From: an uncultured Clostridia bacterium
Lineage (GTDB): Bacteria > Bacillota > Clostridia > Christensenellales > UBA1242
DNA length: 58,733 nucleotides
Reading direction: 5' to 3'
NCBI GenBank assembly: GCA_944380415.1
Contig: CALWHN010000002.1
Span: 1 to 58,733 of the forward strand
The notes under the pieces were generated by a model. The model worked only from the letters and a program-made list of their open reading frames with translations. It was not told the origin of the DNA and made no database searches. This document shows positions 46,888-55,537 of this stretch, piece after piece. The translations under genes were made by a program, and so were the position numbers. Each line of letters opens with the position of its first letter. The stretch's first letter is position 1.

Positions 46888-48348
46888 TTATTTTTTAAAT
46901 TTTTTTAAAGAATATGCAAGCTCGTTTATGTCTCCAGCGCCCAAAATTAAAATGCAGCCAAATTTTTTTGCTTCGTTCAAAATTTTTTCTCTTGCTTGGT
47001 CGAAGGTTTCGAAATATGAAATTTTTATTAAATTTGAGTTATATTTTTTGTGTATATTTTGACTAAAATTAATTTTATTGTTTTTTTGTATGAAATAACT
47101 ATAATTTATAAGTTTATAAATATGGTTACTTTTTACATATATTTTGTTTTCATTTTTAAATTTTAAAATTCTATTCTTATTTATAATTTTTTCAAACAAA
47201 TCCTTTCCAGTTGCGCCTTTAATTTCTTCTTCACGAGCGGGATAGGTTTTGAGAAGTATAAGCTGGTTAGATTGATTAAAGCAGGTTGTAAACTGGCTTA
47301 AAAGCTTTTTCGTTCGCGAGAATGTGTGTGGCTGAAAAACAGTTAAAATTCTTCCATAGCGCTTTGCTTGTTCAATTACTTTCTCAATTTCTGTTGGGTG
47401 GTGGGCATAGTCGTGAATTACAACTGCGCCAGATATTTTTGTTATTCTTTCAAAGCGCCGTTTAACTCCCTTAAAATTTTTAATTGCGCGTTTGATGGTT
47501 TGAATTCTAATTTTATAGAAGTTTGCAACAATTGCTGCAACTAGCGCATTTTTTGCATTGTGTTCGCCTTGAAAGTTTGTTTGAATTCGTCCAATTAAAT
47601 TTTCATTTTCATAAAAATCAAAGAAAAATCCAATGTCATTTTTTTTGACATTTTTTGCAAAATAATTTTTTTGAAATTTTTGTGTTTTTAAGCAATATTC
47701 AAATTCGTTTATTTTAAACAATTTTGCTTTTGAATTTTCCAAAAATTTATTGAAACTTTGCTTGATTTCTGAAAGGTTTTTAAAAAAATCCAAATGGTCC
47801 GGTTCAACGTTTAAAACAACGCCAAGCGAGGGCGAAAGAGTTAAAAAGCTGTTTTTATATTCGCAGGCTTCCGTTATAAAAAACTTCCTGTCGCCAATTA
47901 AAAAATTGCTGCAACAGCTTTTTAAAACTCCGCCAATATGAACTGTTGGATGTAAATTTGCCTCTCTCATTATTTCTGAGATTAGAGCAGTTGTTGTTGT
48001 CTTCCCGTGGGTTCCGCTGATTGCAATAACATTTTTAAATCCCTTGCAAATGATAGCTAGCGCCTCTGCGCGAGAAATTATCTTTTTTTTCTTTTTGATT
48101 GCCCAGGCAAGTTCTGGGTTTTCTTCATTTATTGCCGAGTTATAAACAACTATGTTTGGGTTAAAATCTTTTATGTTTTTTTCATAGTGGCCAATGTTAT
48201 ATTTAATTCCAAACTGGCAAAGGGAACTTAGGTTTTCGCAGTTTTGAAGGTCGCTTCCCTCAACCAAATTTCCCTTAACTGCAAAAAAAACGGCAAGGCT
48301 GCTCATGCTGATTCCGCCAATTCCAATAAAATAAATTCGTTTAGGCAT
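46888..48348 (-). CDS. murC: UDP-N-acetylmuramate--L-alanine ligase with an AT-rich insertion in the C-terminal domain
   Basis: FIGIGGISMS, GTHGKTTTT, DYAHHPTE and GAGDI motifs. There are about 95 residues between ARE and GAGDI, against about 55 in E. coli MurC as recalled. Confidence 0.85.
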   Translation of the reverse strand: MPKRIYFIGIGGISMSSLAVFFAVKGNLVEGSDLQNCENLSSLCQFGIKYNIGHYEKNIKDFNPNIVVYNSAINEENPELAWAIKKKKKIISRAEALAIICKGFKNVIAISGTHGKTTTTALISEIMREANLHPTVHIGGVLKSCCSNFLIGDRKFFITEACEYKNSFLTLSPSLGVVLNVEPDHLDFFKNLSEIKQSFNKFLENSKAKLFKINEFEYCLKTQKFQKNYFAKNVKKNDIGFFFDFYENENLIGRIQTNFQGEHNAKNALVAAIVANFYKIRIQTIKRAIKNFKGVKRRFERITKISGAVVIHDYAHHPTEIEKVIEQAKRYGRILTVFQPHTFSRTKKLLSQFTTCFNQSNQLILLKTYPAREEEIKGATGKDLFEKIINKNRILKFKNENKIYVKSNHIYKLINYSYFIQKNNKINFSQNIHKKYNSNLIKISYFETFDQAREKILNEAKKFGCILILGAGDINELAYSLKKFKK

Positions 48349-48473
48349 ATTAATTATTATGAAATCATGGCTAAAATTGTTTTGAGAAATTGCCGTTAAA
48401 TGTTATTATATAAACGACTTAAAGGCCGGCAGGTTTTAAATTAAGTTAAATTTAAAAAAGGAAGGATAAAAAA

Positions 48474-48749
48474 TTGAAAATAACAGACGTTAGAGTTAGA
48501 CTTGTTGAAAAAGATGGAAGCAAACTTAAAGCAGTTGCTTCAATGACAATTGATGAGTGCTTTGTTGTTCACGACATCAAAATTATTGAAGGAAAAGATG
48601 GCTATTTTATTTCAATGCCAAGCAGAAAAACGCCAGATGGCGAATATCGCGACATTGTTCACCCAATCAACACAGAAACACGCGAGCAGGTTATAAGTGA
48701 AATTTTAAAAGCTTTTGAAAAGGCTGAGGCTTCTTCATCAGAAGAATAA
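48474..48749 (+). CDS. spoVG: SpoVG
   Basis: TTG start. [11 protein letters not shown]...[36 protein letters not shown]. Confidence 0.95.
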   Translation: MKITDVRVRLVEKDGSKLKAVASMTIDECFVVHDIKIIEGKDGYFISMPSRKTPDGEYRDIVHPINTETREQVISEILKAFEKAEASSSEE

Positions 48750-48830
48750 TTTTAAACAGATAAAAAAAGATGTTTTGGGGGAAAATAATAACAATTTCGC
48801 CCAGTTTATCTTTCGCTAACAAGGAGAAAA

Positions 48831-49556
48831 ATGGAAAAAGCTCGAACAAACGCAAGAAGATTTATAAAGGCATATAATTCAATAGATTATGCAATTAGAG
48901 TTCAACACAACTTTAAAAGAAGCATGAGTTTTTCTGAGGTTGTTCGAAAAGCTGTTCCGCTCAACTATTTAGTTAGAAAATATGAGGACGACTTGGTTGA
49001 TTTCGGTCGCCTTAGAAACGCAATTATCCACAGTAGCAACGATGAATATGTAATTGCAGAGCCTCATGACGACGTTGTTGAAAAAATTGAACATATAGCA
49101 GCGCTTATAACAACGCCGCCAAAGGCAATTGACGCAATTGTTGACAGAAACGTCCTTTGCGTTCAAAATGATGTAACGCTAAGAGATGTAATTCGCCTAA
49201 TTGCAACATCAAATTACAGCAACATTCCTGTTTTTAAAGACGGGGGACTAATTGGAGTTGCAAATGGTCAAAGAATTCTAGATGCAATTGGAAGGCAAAT
49301 TGAAAAAAACAACAGTGTTGAAGACTACATAAACACCACCACAATTGAACAAGTTATTTTAGAGCCAGCGCCATATAAAAGTTATGACATAGTTTCAAAA
49401 GATGCAACGATTGAAGAGGTTTTAAATCTCTTTAACAGAAATAGAAAGCTTCTTTCCGTTCTCATAACCAAGGGAGGGACGATTAACGAAACTCCAATTG
49501 GAATTATAACAGCGGCAGATGTAATCTATCTAAACGATATATTAGATAATTATTGA
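48831..49556 (+). CDS. CBS-pair protein with an N-terminal Rx4H (HEPN-like) domain
   Basis: Residues about 1-95 are helical and contain FGRLRNAIIHS (R-x4-H). They are followed by two CBS motifs (NIPVFKDGGLIGV, PIGIITAADV). Confidence 0.6.
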   Translation: MEKARTNARRFIKAYNSIDYAIRVQHNFKRSMSFSEVVRKAVPLNYLVRKYEDDLVDFGRLRNAIIHSSNDEYVIAEPHDDVVEKIEHIAALITTPPKAIDAIVDRNVLCVQNDVTLRDVIRLIATSNYSNIPVFKDGGLIGVANGQRILDAIGRQIEKNNSVEDYINTTTIEQVILEPAPYKSYDIVSKDATIEEVLNLFNRNRKLLSVLITKGGTINETPIGIITAADVIYLNDILDNY

Positions 49557-49659
49557 GATTTTGTTTTGAAGAAACAAGTTTTGTTAAAAGCCATTAAAAA
49601 AATGGCTTTTTTTAGTGGGGGGCGAGGGCAATAAAAAAATCTGCGAATTTGCAGATTTC

Positions 49660-50007
49660 TTATTCTTTTGCAGCTTTTGTTTTTGCCTTTTTCCCAGTTA
49701 ACGCACGAAGATAGTAAAGCTTTGCTCTTCTTGCCCTTCCGCGGCGCGTTACTTCAACATGGTCGATAAGTGGGCTGTGGTATGGGAAAGTTCTTTCAAC
49801 CCCAACGCCATAGGAGATTCTTCTAACTGTAAAAGTTTCGCGAACAGAACCGTTTCGCTTTGCAATTACAACACCTTCATAGGCTTGAAGACGCTCTTTA
49901 TCTCCCTCCTTAATCTTAACGAAAACTTTAACAGTGTCGCCAATGTTAAAAGGAGCAATTTCATTTTTCCTGAGATTTTCGCTTTCAATTGTTTCGATAA
50001 TGTTCAT
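49660..50007 (-). CDS. rplS: 50S ribosomal protein L19
   Basis: Start at 50007 (MNIIETIE) after AAGGAGG. GDTVKV...[12 protein letters not shown]...FTVRR. Confidence 0.95.
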   Translation of the reverse strand: MNIIETIESENLRKNEIAPFNIGDTVKVFVKIKEGDKERLQAYEGVVIAKRNGSVRETFTVRRISYGVGVERTFPYHSPLIDHVEVTRRGRARRAKLYYLRALTGKKAKTKAAKE

Positions 50008-50075
50008 TAGCTTTTCCTCCTTACTAAACATAGCGTTCATGATAAAAAATCAGCGGACCGCTCGAAGCCATGATA
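50008..50075 (-). promoter_or_regulatory. rplS 5' leader (candidate L19 leader element)
   Basis: TTGTAA-17-TATAAA promoter further upstream on the minus strand. The leader holds a small GC hairpin plus a U-run. Firmicutes are known to have an L19 autoregulatory leader. Not verified here. Confidence 0.3.
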
Positions 50076-50220
50076 ATTTATAACACAAATTTATTTTAAT
50101 TACAAGTGTTTTTAACAATTTTTTTAAAATTTAGTTGAAGCTATTTTGTCGTTTTTTCGTAAATTCATTTTGAAAGAAAATGCCACATGGGATATAATTA
50201 AAAAAACGGAAGAGGAAAAA

Positions 50221-51756
50221 ATGTTATCAAAAGTTTTAAGTTTTGGGCTTTGCGGAATTGATGGTTTTTTGGTCACAAGCGAAATTGACATTTCCGCCGG
50301 CCTTCCAAGTTTTGAAATTGTTGGCCTTGGCGACACGGCAATTAAGGAGAGCAAAGAAAGAGTTAAGCTTGCAATAAAAAACTCTGGCTTTGACTATCCA
50401 ATTAACAGAATAACCGTTAACCTTGCCCCTGCGGACACTAAAAAAGAAGGCCCGCTTTTTGACCTTTCAATTGCGGTTGGAATTTTGGGCGCAACAAACC
50501 AGCTTCCAGTCGAATCAATTGGAAACACAATTTTTATTGGCGAACTTTCGCTAGACGGAGGAGTTAGGAGAGTTAATGGAGTTTTGCCAATTTTAATTGC
50601 GGCAAGAAAAGAGGGCTTTAAAAAATTTGTAATTCCATATGAAAACAGAAAGGAAGCCAGCTTCATTGAGGGAATTGAGGTTTATCCAGTTAAGAAACTT
50701 TCTGAAGTTGCAAAGTTTTTGAAAAAAGAAATTGAAATTGAGCCTGTTAAAATAACCAACTATCAAACCTTCTCTCGCGAACATCAAACGGGGCTGGATT
50801 TTAAATTTGTAAAAGGTCAAAAGAACGCAAAAAGAGCAATGGAAATTGCCGCTGCTGGCGGCCACAACATCTTGATGATTGGCCCTCCGGGAAGCGGAAA
50901 GACAATGCTTGCAAAGTGTTTCCCAACAATTCTTCCGGATTTAACGTTTGAAGAGGCGCTTGAAGTAACCAAAATCCACAGCGTTGCCGGAACATTGGAC
51001 GCACGCGAAGGAATTGTTTGCCGCCGCCCATTTAGAAGCCCACACCACACAGCAACGCTTGTCAGCTTAACTGGCGGTGGAAGGCATGCAAAACCCGGGG
51101 AAATAAGCCTTGCCCACAATGGCGTTTTGTTCTTGGACGAAATGCCAGAATATAACAGAAGTGCAATTGAAGCCCTTCGCCAGCCGCTTGAAGACGGCGT
51201 TATAACAGTTGCAAGGGCGGAGCTAACAGTTACATATCCAGCAAATTTCACGCTTATTGCAAGCATGAACCCATGCCCATGTGGCCACTATGGTTCAAAA
51301 GATGCGGAATGTAAGTGCACCCAAAGTCAAATCCACAAATACCTTGGAAAACTTTCCGGCCCGCTTATGGATAGAATAGACCTCCACATTGAGGTTGACA
51401 ATGTAACCTATGAGGAACTTACGGACAAGGTTGACAACGAAGAGCCTTCTGTTGAAATTAAAAAACGCGTTGATCAAGCGCGTGAAATTCAGCTTGAAAG
51501 GTTTAAAGGCGACGATTGTTTCTCGAATGCAAGCATGTCTGTTAAACAATGTAAGGAATTTTGTAAGTTGGACGATCAAAGCGAAGAACTTTTAAAAGCG
51601 GCCTTCTCAACCCTTAAACTCTCTGCGCGCGCCCACAACAGAATTTTGCGCGTTGCAAGAACAATTGCAGATTTAGATGGAAGCAAAGACATAAAAGTTG
51701 AGCACATTGCAGAAGCAATTCAATATCGCTCGCTGGATAAAAAGTATTGGATTTAA
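50221..51756 (+). CDS. comM: YifB/ComM-family Mg-chelatase-like AAA+ protein
   Basis: ATG at 50221 (MLSKVLS). MIGPPGSGKTMLA, GVLFLDEM and a Cys cluster NPCPCG. Confidence 0.9.
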   Translation: MLSKVLSFGLCGIDGFLVTSEIDISAGLPSFEIVGLGDTAIKESKERVKLAIKNSGFDYPINRITVNLAPADTKKEGPLFDLSIAVGILGATNQLPVESIGNTIFIGELSLDGGVRRVNGVLPILIAARKEGFKKFVIPYENRKEASFIEGIEVYPVKKLSEVAKFLKKEIEIEPVKITNYQTFSREHQTGLDFKFVKGQKNAKRAMEIAAAGGHNILMIGPPGSGKTMLAKCFPTILPDLTFEEALEVTKIHSVAGTLDAREGIVCRRPFRSPHHTATLVSLTGGGRHAKPGEISLAHNGVLFLDEMPEYNRSAIEALRQPLEDGVITVARAELTVTYPANFTLIASMNPCPCGHYGSKDAECKCTQSQIHKYLGKLSGPLMDRIDLHIEVDNVTYEELTDKVDNEEPSVEIKKRVDQAREIQLERFKGDDCFSNASMSVKQCKEFCKLDDQSEELLKAAFSTLKLSARAHNRILRVARTIADLDGSKDIKVEHIAEAIQYRSLDKKYWI

Positions 51757-51781
51757 AAAAAGCCACAAAATGTGGTTTTTT
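51757..51781. terminator. bidirectional terminator between comM and sigG
   Basis: A7-GCCACA-AAA-TGTGGT-T7. Confidence 0.7.
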
Positions 51782-52554
51782 TATGTTATTTTTTTGCGAA
51801 TGTTTTCAAGGGCATTTTTTTCAAGGCGGCTAACTTGCGCCTGGGAAATTCCAATTTCATGGCTGACTTCCATTTGAGTTTTTCCAATGTAATATCTGAG
51901 CATTATAATTTCCTTTTCTCTTTGTGAAAGGTTTGAAAGCGCTTCTTTTAAAGCAAATTGTTCGATTAGAGAATCAACGTCATTTTTGGTGTCTGCAATT
52001 TGGTCCATAACTCTAACATTTTCGCCCTTGCTTGCATAAACAGGGTCAGAGAGAGAAACCGTGTCGGAAATTGCGTCAAGGGCAAGGGCAATAGTTTTAA
52101 CTTCTTCATTCATGTCCTCGGCAATCTCGTCAAGGGTTGGGTCACAGTTTTGAGAAGATGTCAACTTTTCTCGGCTTTGAAGCGCGCGATAGGCTATGTC
52201 TCTCAAACTTCTTGTAACTCTAACCGGCGTGTTATCTCTTAGATATCTTCTAATTTCGCCAATTATCATTGGAACTGCATAAGTTGAAAATTTAACATTT
52301 AAGTCCATGTTAAAATTTTCCATTGCCTTAATCAGTCCAACGCAGCCAACTTGGAACATGTCGTCTGCCTTAGATTTGTTCGAACCAAAGCGCTGAACAA
52401 CGCTTAGAACAAGTCGCAAGTTTGCAACGATAAATTCATCTCGCGCAAATTCGTCGCCGTCCTTAACTTTTCTTAAAAGCTCCATAAGTTCTGAATTTTT
52501 AAGCTTTGGAAGTTTGGACGTGTTAACGCCTGTTACCGAAACTATGTTTGCCAT
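51781..52554 (-). CDS. sigG: sporulation sigma factor SigG
   Basis: Collinear with my recollection of B. subtilis SigG (GVNTSKLPKLKN, NLRLVLSVVQRF, KFSTYAVPMIIGEIRRYLRDN, GISQAQVSRLEK). Monocistronic, so SigF (the spoIIA operon) is less likely. Confidence 0.8.
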   Translation of the reverse strand: MANIVSVTGVNTSKLPKLKNSELMELLRKVKDGDEFARDEFIVANLRLVLSVVQRFGSNKSKADDMFQVGCVGLIKAMENFNMDLNVKFSTYAVPMIIGEIRRYLRDNTPVRVTRSLRDIAYRALQSREKLTSSQNCDPTLDEIAEDMNEEVKTIALALDAISDTVSLSDPVYASKGENVRVMDQIADTKNDVDSLIEQFALKEALSNLSQREKEIIMLRYYIGKTQMEVSHEIGISQAQVSRLEKNALENIRKKIT

Positions 52555-52585
52555 CTATTTACCCCTTGAAACAAAGTCTTCAAGG

Positions 52586-52614
52586 TATTTTTTCCTTTAA
52601 AAATTTTTTTATTC
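52586..52614 (-). promoter_or_regulatory. possible forespore (sigma-F/G-type) promoter of sigG
   Basis: On the minus strand: GAATA, 14 nt, then GGAAAAAATA, compared with the recalled GHATR and GGnnAnAnTA-like elements. The match is imperfect in register. Confidence 0.3.
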
Positions 52615-52665
52615 TATTGCAATAAAAAAAGAGGGCAAAAACCCTCTTAAAAAAATAACGGGAAA

Positions 52666-53223
52666 TTAATAATCGCTTCTAAGTTCAATTATAACAACGT
52701 TTTCGCGCTTTGTTCCAACTTTGCTGCTGAAAATTGCAAATTCAACAACTATGTCATAAAGATTAAATCTGTTGATATAGTCAATTAATTTTTCAAAGCC
52801 GGGAACATCCCAAAGCCTGTCGTCAAAAAGTTCGCAGTTTAACATGATTTGAGGATTGTCATAAATGTTCCTGTGGTTGGCGGAGGAGTCTTTACTTGCG
52901 CTTAGTGAAACCATGTTGTCTTTAACATAGATATCCCCAAGTAAAATTCGGCCGGGAATTGTTCGAAAGGACACGGAAACGCAAAACCTGTCCGCCTTGA
53001 TTGTTGAAACATATTCCAAACACTCTTCAAGGCCGCTAACGAACTTGTATTTTCCCATTGGAGAAAAAATGTCTCGAACAACATATTCTTTTGCTGGGTT
53101 CTTCTTAAAGAAATTTTCAATTCCCTCTGGGTCCGTTTTATCTAAAACAGATTGTGGCATTGAGTTCAGCCCCATTTGCTTAATTAAATTTATGCTGTGT
53201 TCTTTGTTTTTAACTTTTATCAT
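52666..53223 (-). CDS. hypothetical protein
   Basis: 185 aa from the ATG at 53223 (MIKVKNKEH). TGTTATACT extended -10 lies 8 nt upstream with no SD. No recognisable motif. Confidence 0.45.
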   Translation of the reverse strand: MIKVKNKEHSINLIKQMGLNSMPQSVLDKTDPEGIENFFKKNPAKEYVVRDIFSPMGKYKFVSGLEECLEYVSTIKADRFCVSVSFRTIPGRILLGDIYVKDNMVSLSASKDSSANHRNIYDNPQIMLNCELFDDRLWDVPGFEKLIDYINRFNLYDIVVEFAIFSSKVGTKRENVVIIELRSDY

Positions 53224-53321
53224 ACTTTTATAGTATAACACAATTTTCTTTTTTAAAAAATTATTTTTTGGGGGTTTACAAATTAAAATTTTTATGTTAA
53301 ATTTCTTTTAGGAGAATTTAT

Positions 53322-54047
53322 ATGAGAAGAGTTTTTATAACAGGGGATATACATTGCGACTTAACAGACCTTTTTGACAGGGTTAAAAATTTAAACTTAA
53401 AGAAGGAAGATGTTCTAATTTTGCTTGGCGATAGCGGGCTTGAATATTATTCTTTCTTTTCCAAACCAAATCTTTCTTCTTGGGACGATCGCGTTCAAAA
53501 GAGGCTTAGAGAAATGATTCCTTCAACAATCATATGTGTTCAGGGAAATCATGAAGTTCCTTTTAAAGAAATGCACGGAAATGATTCAAGAATTTTTGGC
53601 GCAAGCGCTAAGGAAAGCAACGGAATTTACTTTGTTCACAGCGGCCAAGTTTTATATATCGACGGAAAATCTTTCCTTGTTATCGGCGGGGCATATTCAA
53701 TTGACAAAGAATATCGCCAAAGAAAGAACCACCCATATTGGGAAGGAGAGGAGCTTTCAAACAATGAAATGAAAGAAATCTTTTCAAAAATTAGAGGAAA
53801 GAAGTTCAACTATGTTTTAAGCCATACATCTCCGCGTTCTGTAATGCCAGAGGAGGCTCTTTTCGATTTAAATGAGGAGCCAGAAAACAGGACAGAAAAC
53901 TTTTTGGAGATTGTTAAAAATAACATTGAATTTGACAGATGGTTTTGCGGTCATTTCCACATTAACAAAACAGAAAATAAATTTAATTTTCTCTCGGACA
54001 AAGTTGAAACAATTGTTCTTTCTAAAAACCAAGAACTTTCAGATTAA
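53322..54047 (+). CDS. metallophosphoesterase
   Basis: TGDIHCD, LGDSGLEY, QGNHE and CGHFH motifs. TTTACA-17-TAAATT promoter upstream. Confidence 0.8.
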   Translation: MRRVFITGDIHCDLTDLFDRVKNLNLKKEDVLILLGDSGLEYYSFFSKPNLSSWDDRVQKRLREMIPSTIICVQGNHEVPFKEMHGNDSRIFGASAKESNGIYFVHSGQVLYIDGKSFLVIGGAYSIDKEYRQRKNHPYWEGEELSNNEMKEIFSKIRGKKFNYVLSHTSPRSVMPEEALFDLNEEPENRTENFLEIVKNNIEFDRWFCGHFHINKTENKFNFLSDKVETIVLSKNQELSD

Positions 54048-54066
54048 TTGAAGATTGGATTAAATA

Positions 54067-54097
54067 AAAAAAACTCAGCGGGGGAGCTGAGTTTTTT
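54067..54097. terminator. bidirectional terminator (phosphoesterase gene / tRNA operon)
   Basis: A-run, CTCAGC-GGGGGA-GCTGAG, T6. Confidence 0.7.
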
Positions 54098-54099
54098 CT

Positions 54100-54174
54100 T
54101 GGTGATCCCGACGGGATTCGAACCCATGATACCGCCGTGAAAGGGCGGTGTCTTAACCACTTGACCACGGGACC
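54100..54174 (-). tRNA. tRNA-Glu (anticodon TTC), CCA encoded
   Basis: Reverse complement GGTCCCGTGGTCAAGTGGTTAAGACACCGCCCTTTCACGGCGGTATCATGGGTTCGAATCCCGTCGGGATCACCA. Confidence 0.9.
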
Positions 54175-54178
54175 AAAC

Positions 54179-54255
54179 TGGTAGCGACGGAAAGATTTGA
54201 ACCTTCGACCTTTCGGGTATGAACCGAACGCTCTAGCCAACTGAGCTACGTCGCC
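54179..54255 (-). tRNA. tRNA-Met elongator (anticodon CAT), CCA encoded
   Basis: Reverse complement GGCGACGTAGCTCAGTTGGCTAGAGCGTTCGGTTCATACCCGAAAGGTCGAAGGTTCAAATCTTTCCGTCGCTACCA. The anticodon stem lacks the initiator GGG/CCC. Confidence 0.85.
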
Positions 54256-54284
54256 ATCCGGCTTTCGTCTTTTGCCTTAAAATT

Positions 54285-54361
<77 letters not shown>

Positions 54362-54375
54362 ACAAGGCTTTTTAT

Positions 54376-54404
54376 ATAATAATATAATTAAATCGCTTTG
54401 TCAA
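54376..54404 (-). promoter_or_regulatory. sigma-A-type promoter of the fMet-Met-Glu tRNA operon
   Basis: On the minus strand: TTGACA, 17-nt spacer, TATTAT, about 15 nt upstream of the fMet 5' end. Confidence 0.6.
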
Positions 54405-54496
54405 CCATTTTTCCAAAAAAATTTAAAATAAAAAACGCTTGAAATTTCTTTGTTTTTGTTATAAACTTAATTTATAAAGTTTTTAAGTGGTGGAGT

Positions 54497-55522
54497 ATGG
54501 ATAAATTGGTTTCTGAAATTAAATCTAAATTTGAGCAGGCTAGCAGAGTTGCGCTCTTCACGCATGTTAGCTGCGATTGCGATGGAATTGGCTCTATGCT
54601 TGGGTTATACAGCTTTTTAACTGAGAATGGAAAAAATGTTAGCCTTTTTTGTGATAGTGACATTCCAGCCCGCCTTTCCTTTTTAAATGGAATTGAAAAC
54701 ATAAACAAAGACGAAAACCCAAGCCAAAATTCATCACTCAAAGAAGAGTTAAAAATTGAACTTGACGTTAATTTTGACAATTTCGATTTGCTTGTTTCTC
54801 TTGACACATCAACAGCTTCAAGGCTTGGAAAATATCAGGAGATTTTTGAAAATTTTGAAAACACAATAAACATTGACCACCACATAAGCAATTCAAACTA
54901 TGCAAAAATTAATTATGTTAAACCATATTCGTCCTGCGGAGAGGTTGTTTATGAGCTTTTAAAAGAAGCCGGCTGTAAAATTGAGCCAAATGTTGCAACT
55001 TGCCTTTTTGCAGCAATTAGCTCTGACACAAATTGTTTTACAAACGCCAACATCTCTTCGCGAACCCACTTTTGTGCTGGAGAGCTTTTGGACCTTGGGG
55101 CGGACCACAATTTGGTAAATCTTTCTCTCCACAAAAACAAAAGCAAGAACCAATTAAGGCTAATTGCTTACATGGCAAAAAATCTTAAGTTTTATAAGGG
55201 TATAACATATTTTTATTCAAGCTTAAAAATGCTAAAAAAACTAGGCGTAAAATCTAACGATGTTTCAACTTTTATGCACATTATTTGCAACACTGCTGAG
55301 TCCAAAATTAACATTGTAATTAAGGAGCGTGGAAACGGCGAATATAGGCTTAGTTTGCGCTCTGTTGGAGATTATGACGTAAACAGGGTTACAAAAATCT
55401 TTGGCGGCGGCGGGCATAAAAACGCCGGGGGTTGTGTTCTTAAAGGCAATTTCAAGAAGGAATTTAAAAAGCTTGTTTCCGAATGTCTTGCGGAAATAAA
55501 ACGAGTTGATTTAAAACCATAA
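54497..55522 (+). CDS. nrnA: DHH/DHHA1 phosphoesterase (NrnA-like oligoribonuclease / pAp phosphatase)
   Basis: HVSCDCDGIGS, NIDHH and GGGGHKNAGG motifs. Confidence 0.85.
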   Translation: MDKLVSEIKSKFEQASRVALFTHVSCDCDGIGSMLGLYSFLTENGKNVSLFCDSDIPARLSFLNGIENINKDENPSQNSSLKEELKIELDVNFDNFDLLVSLDTSTASRLGKYQEIFENFENTINIDHHISNSNYAKINYVKPYSSCGEVVYELLKEAGCKIEPNVATCLFAAISSDTNCFTNANISSRTHFCAGELLDLGADHNLVNLSLHKNKSKNQLRLIAYMAKNLKFYKGITYFYSSLKMLKKLGVKSNDVSTFMHIICNTAESKINIVIKERGNGEYRLSLRSVGDYDVNRVTKIFGGGGHKNAGGCVLKGNFKKEFKKLVSECLAEIKRVDLKP

Positions 55523-55537
55523 TTTTTTGGGGGATTT

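Noticed and set aside
49024-49032. A perfect DnaA-box consensus, TTATCCACA.
   Set aside because: It is a single copy inside a coding region (the NAIIH codons). There is no box cluster, adjacent AT-rich unwinding element or dnaA/dnaN context, so it is not an origin.
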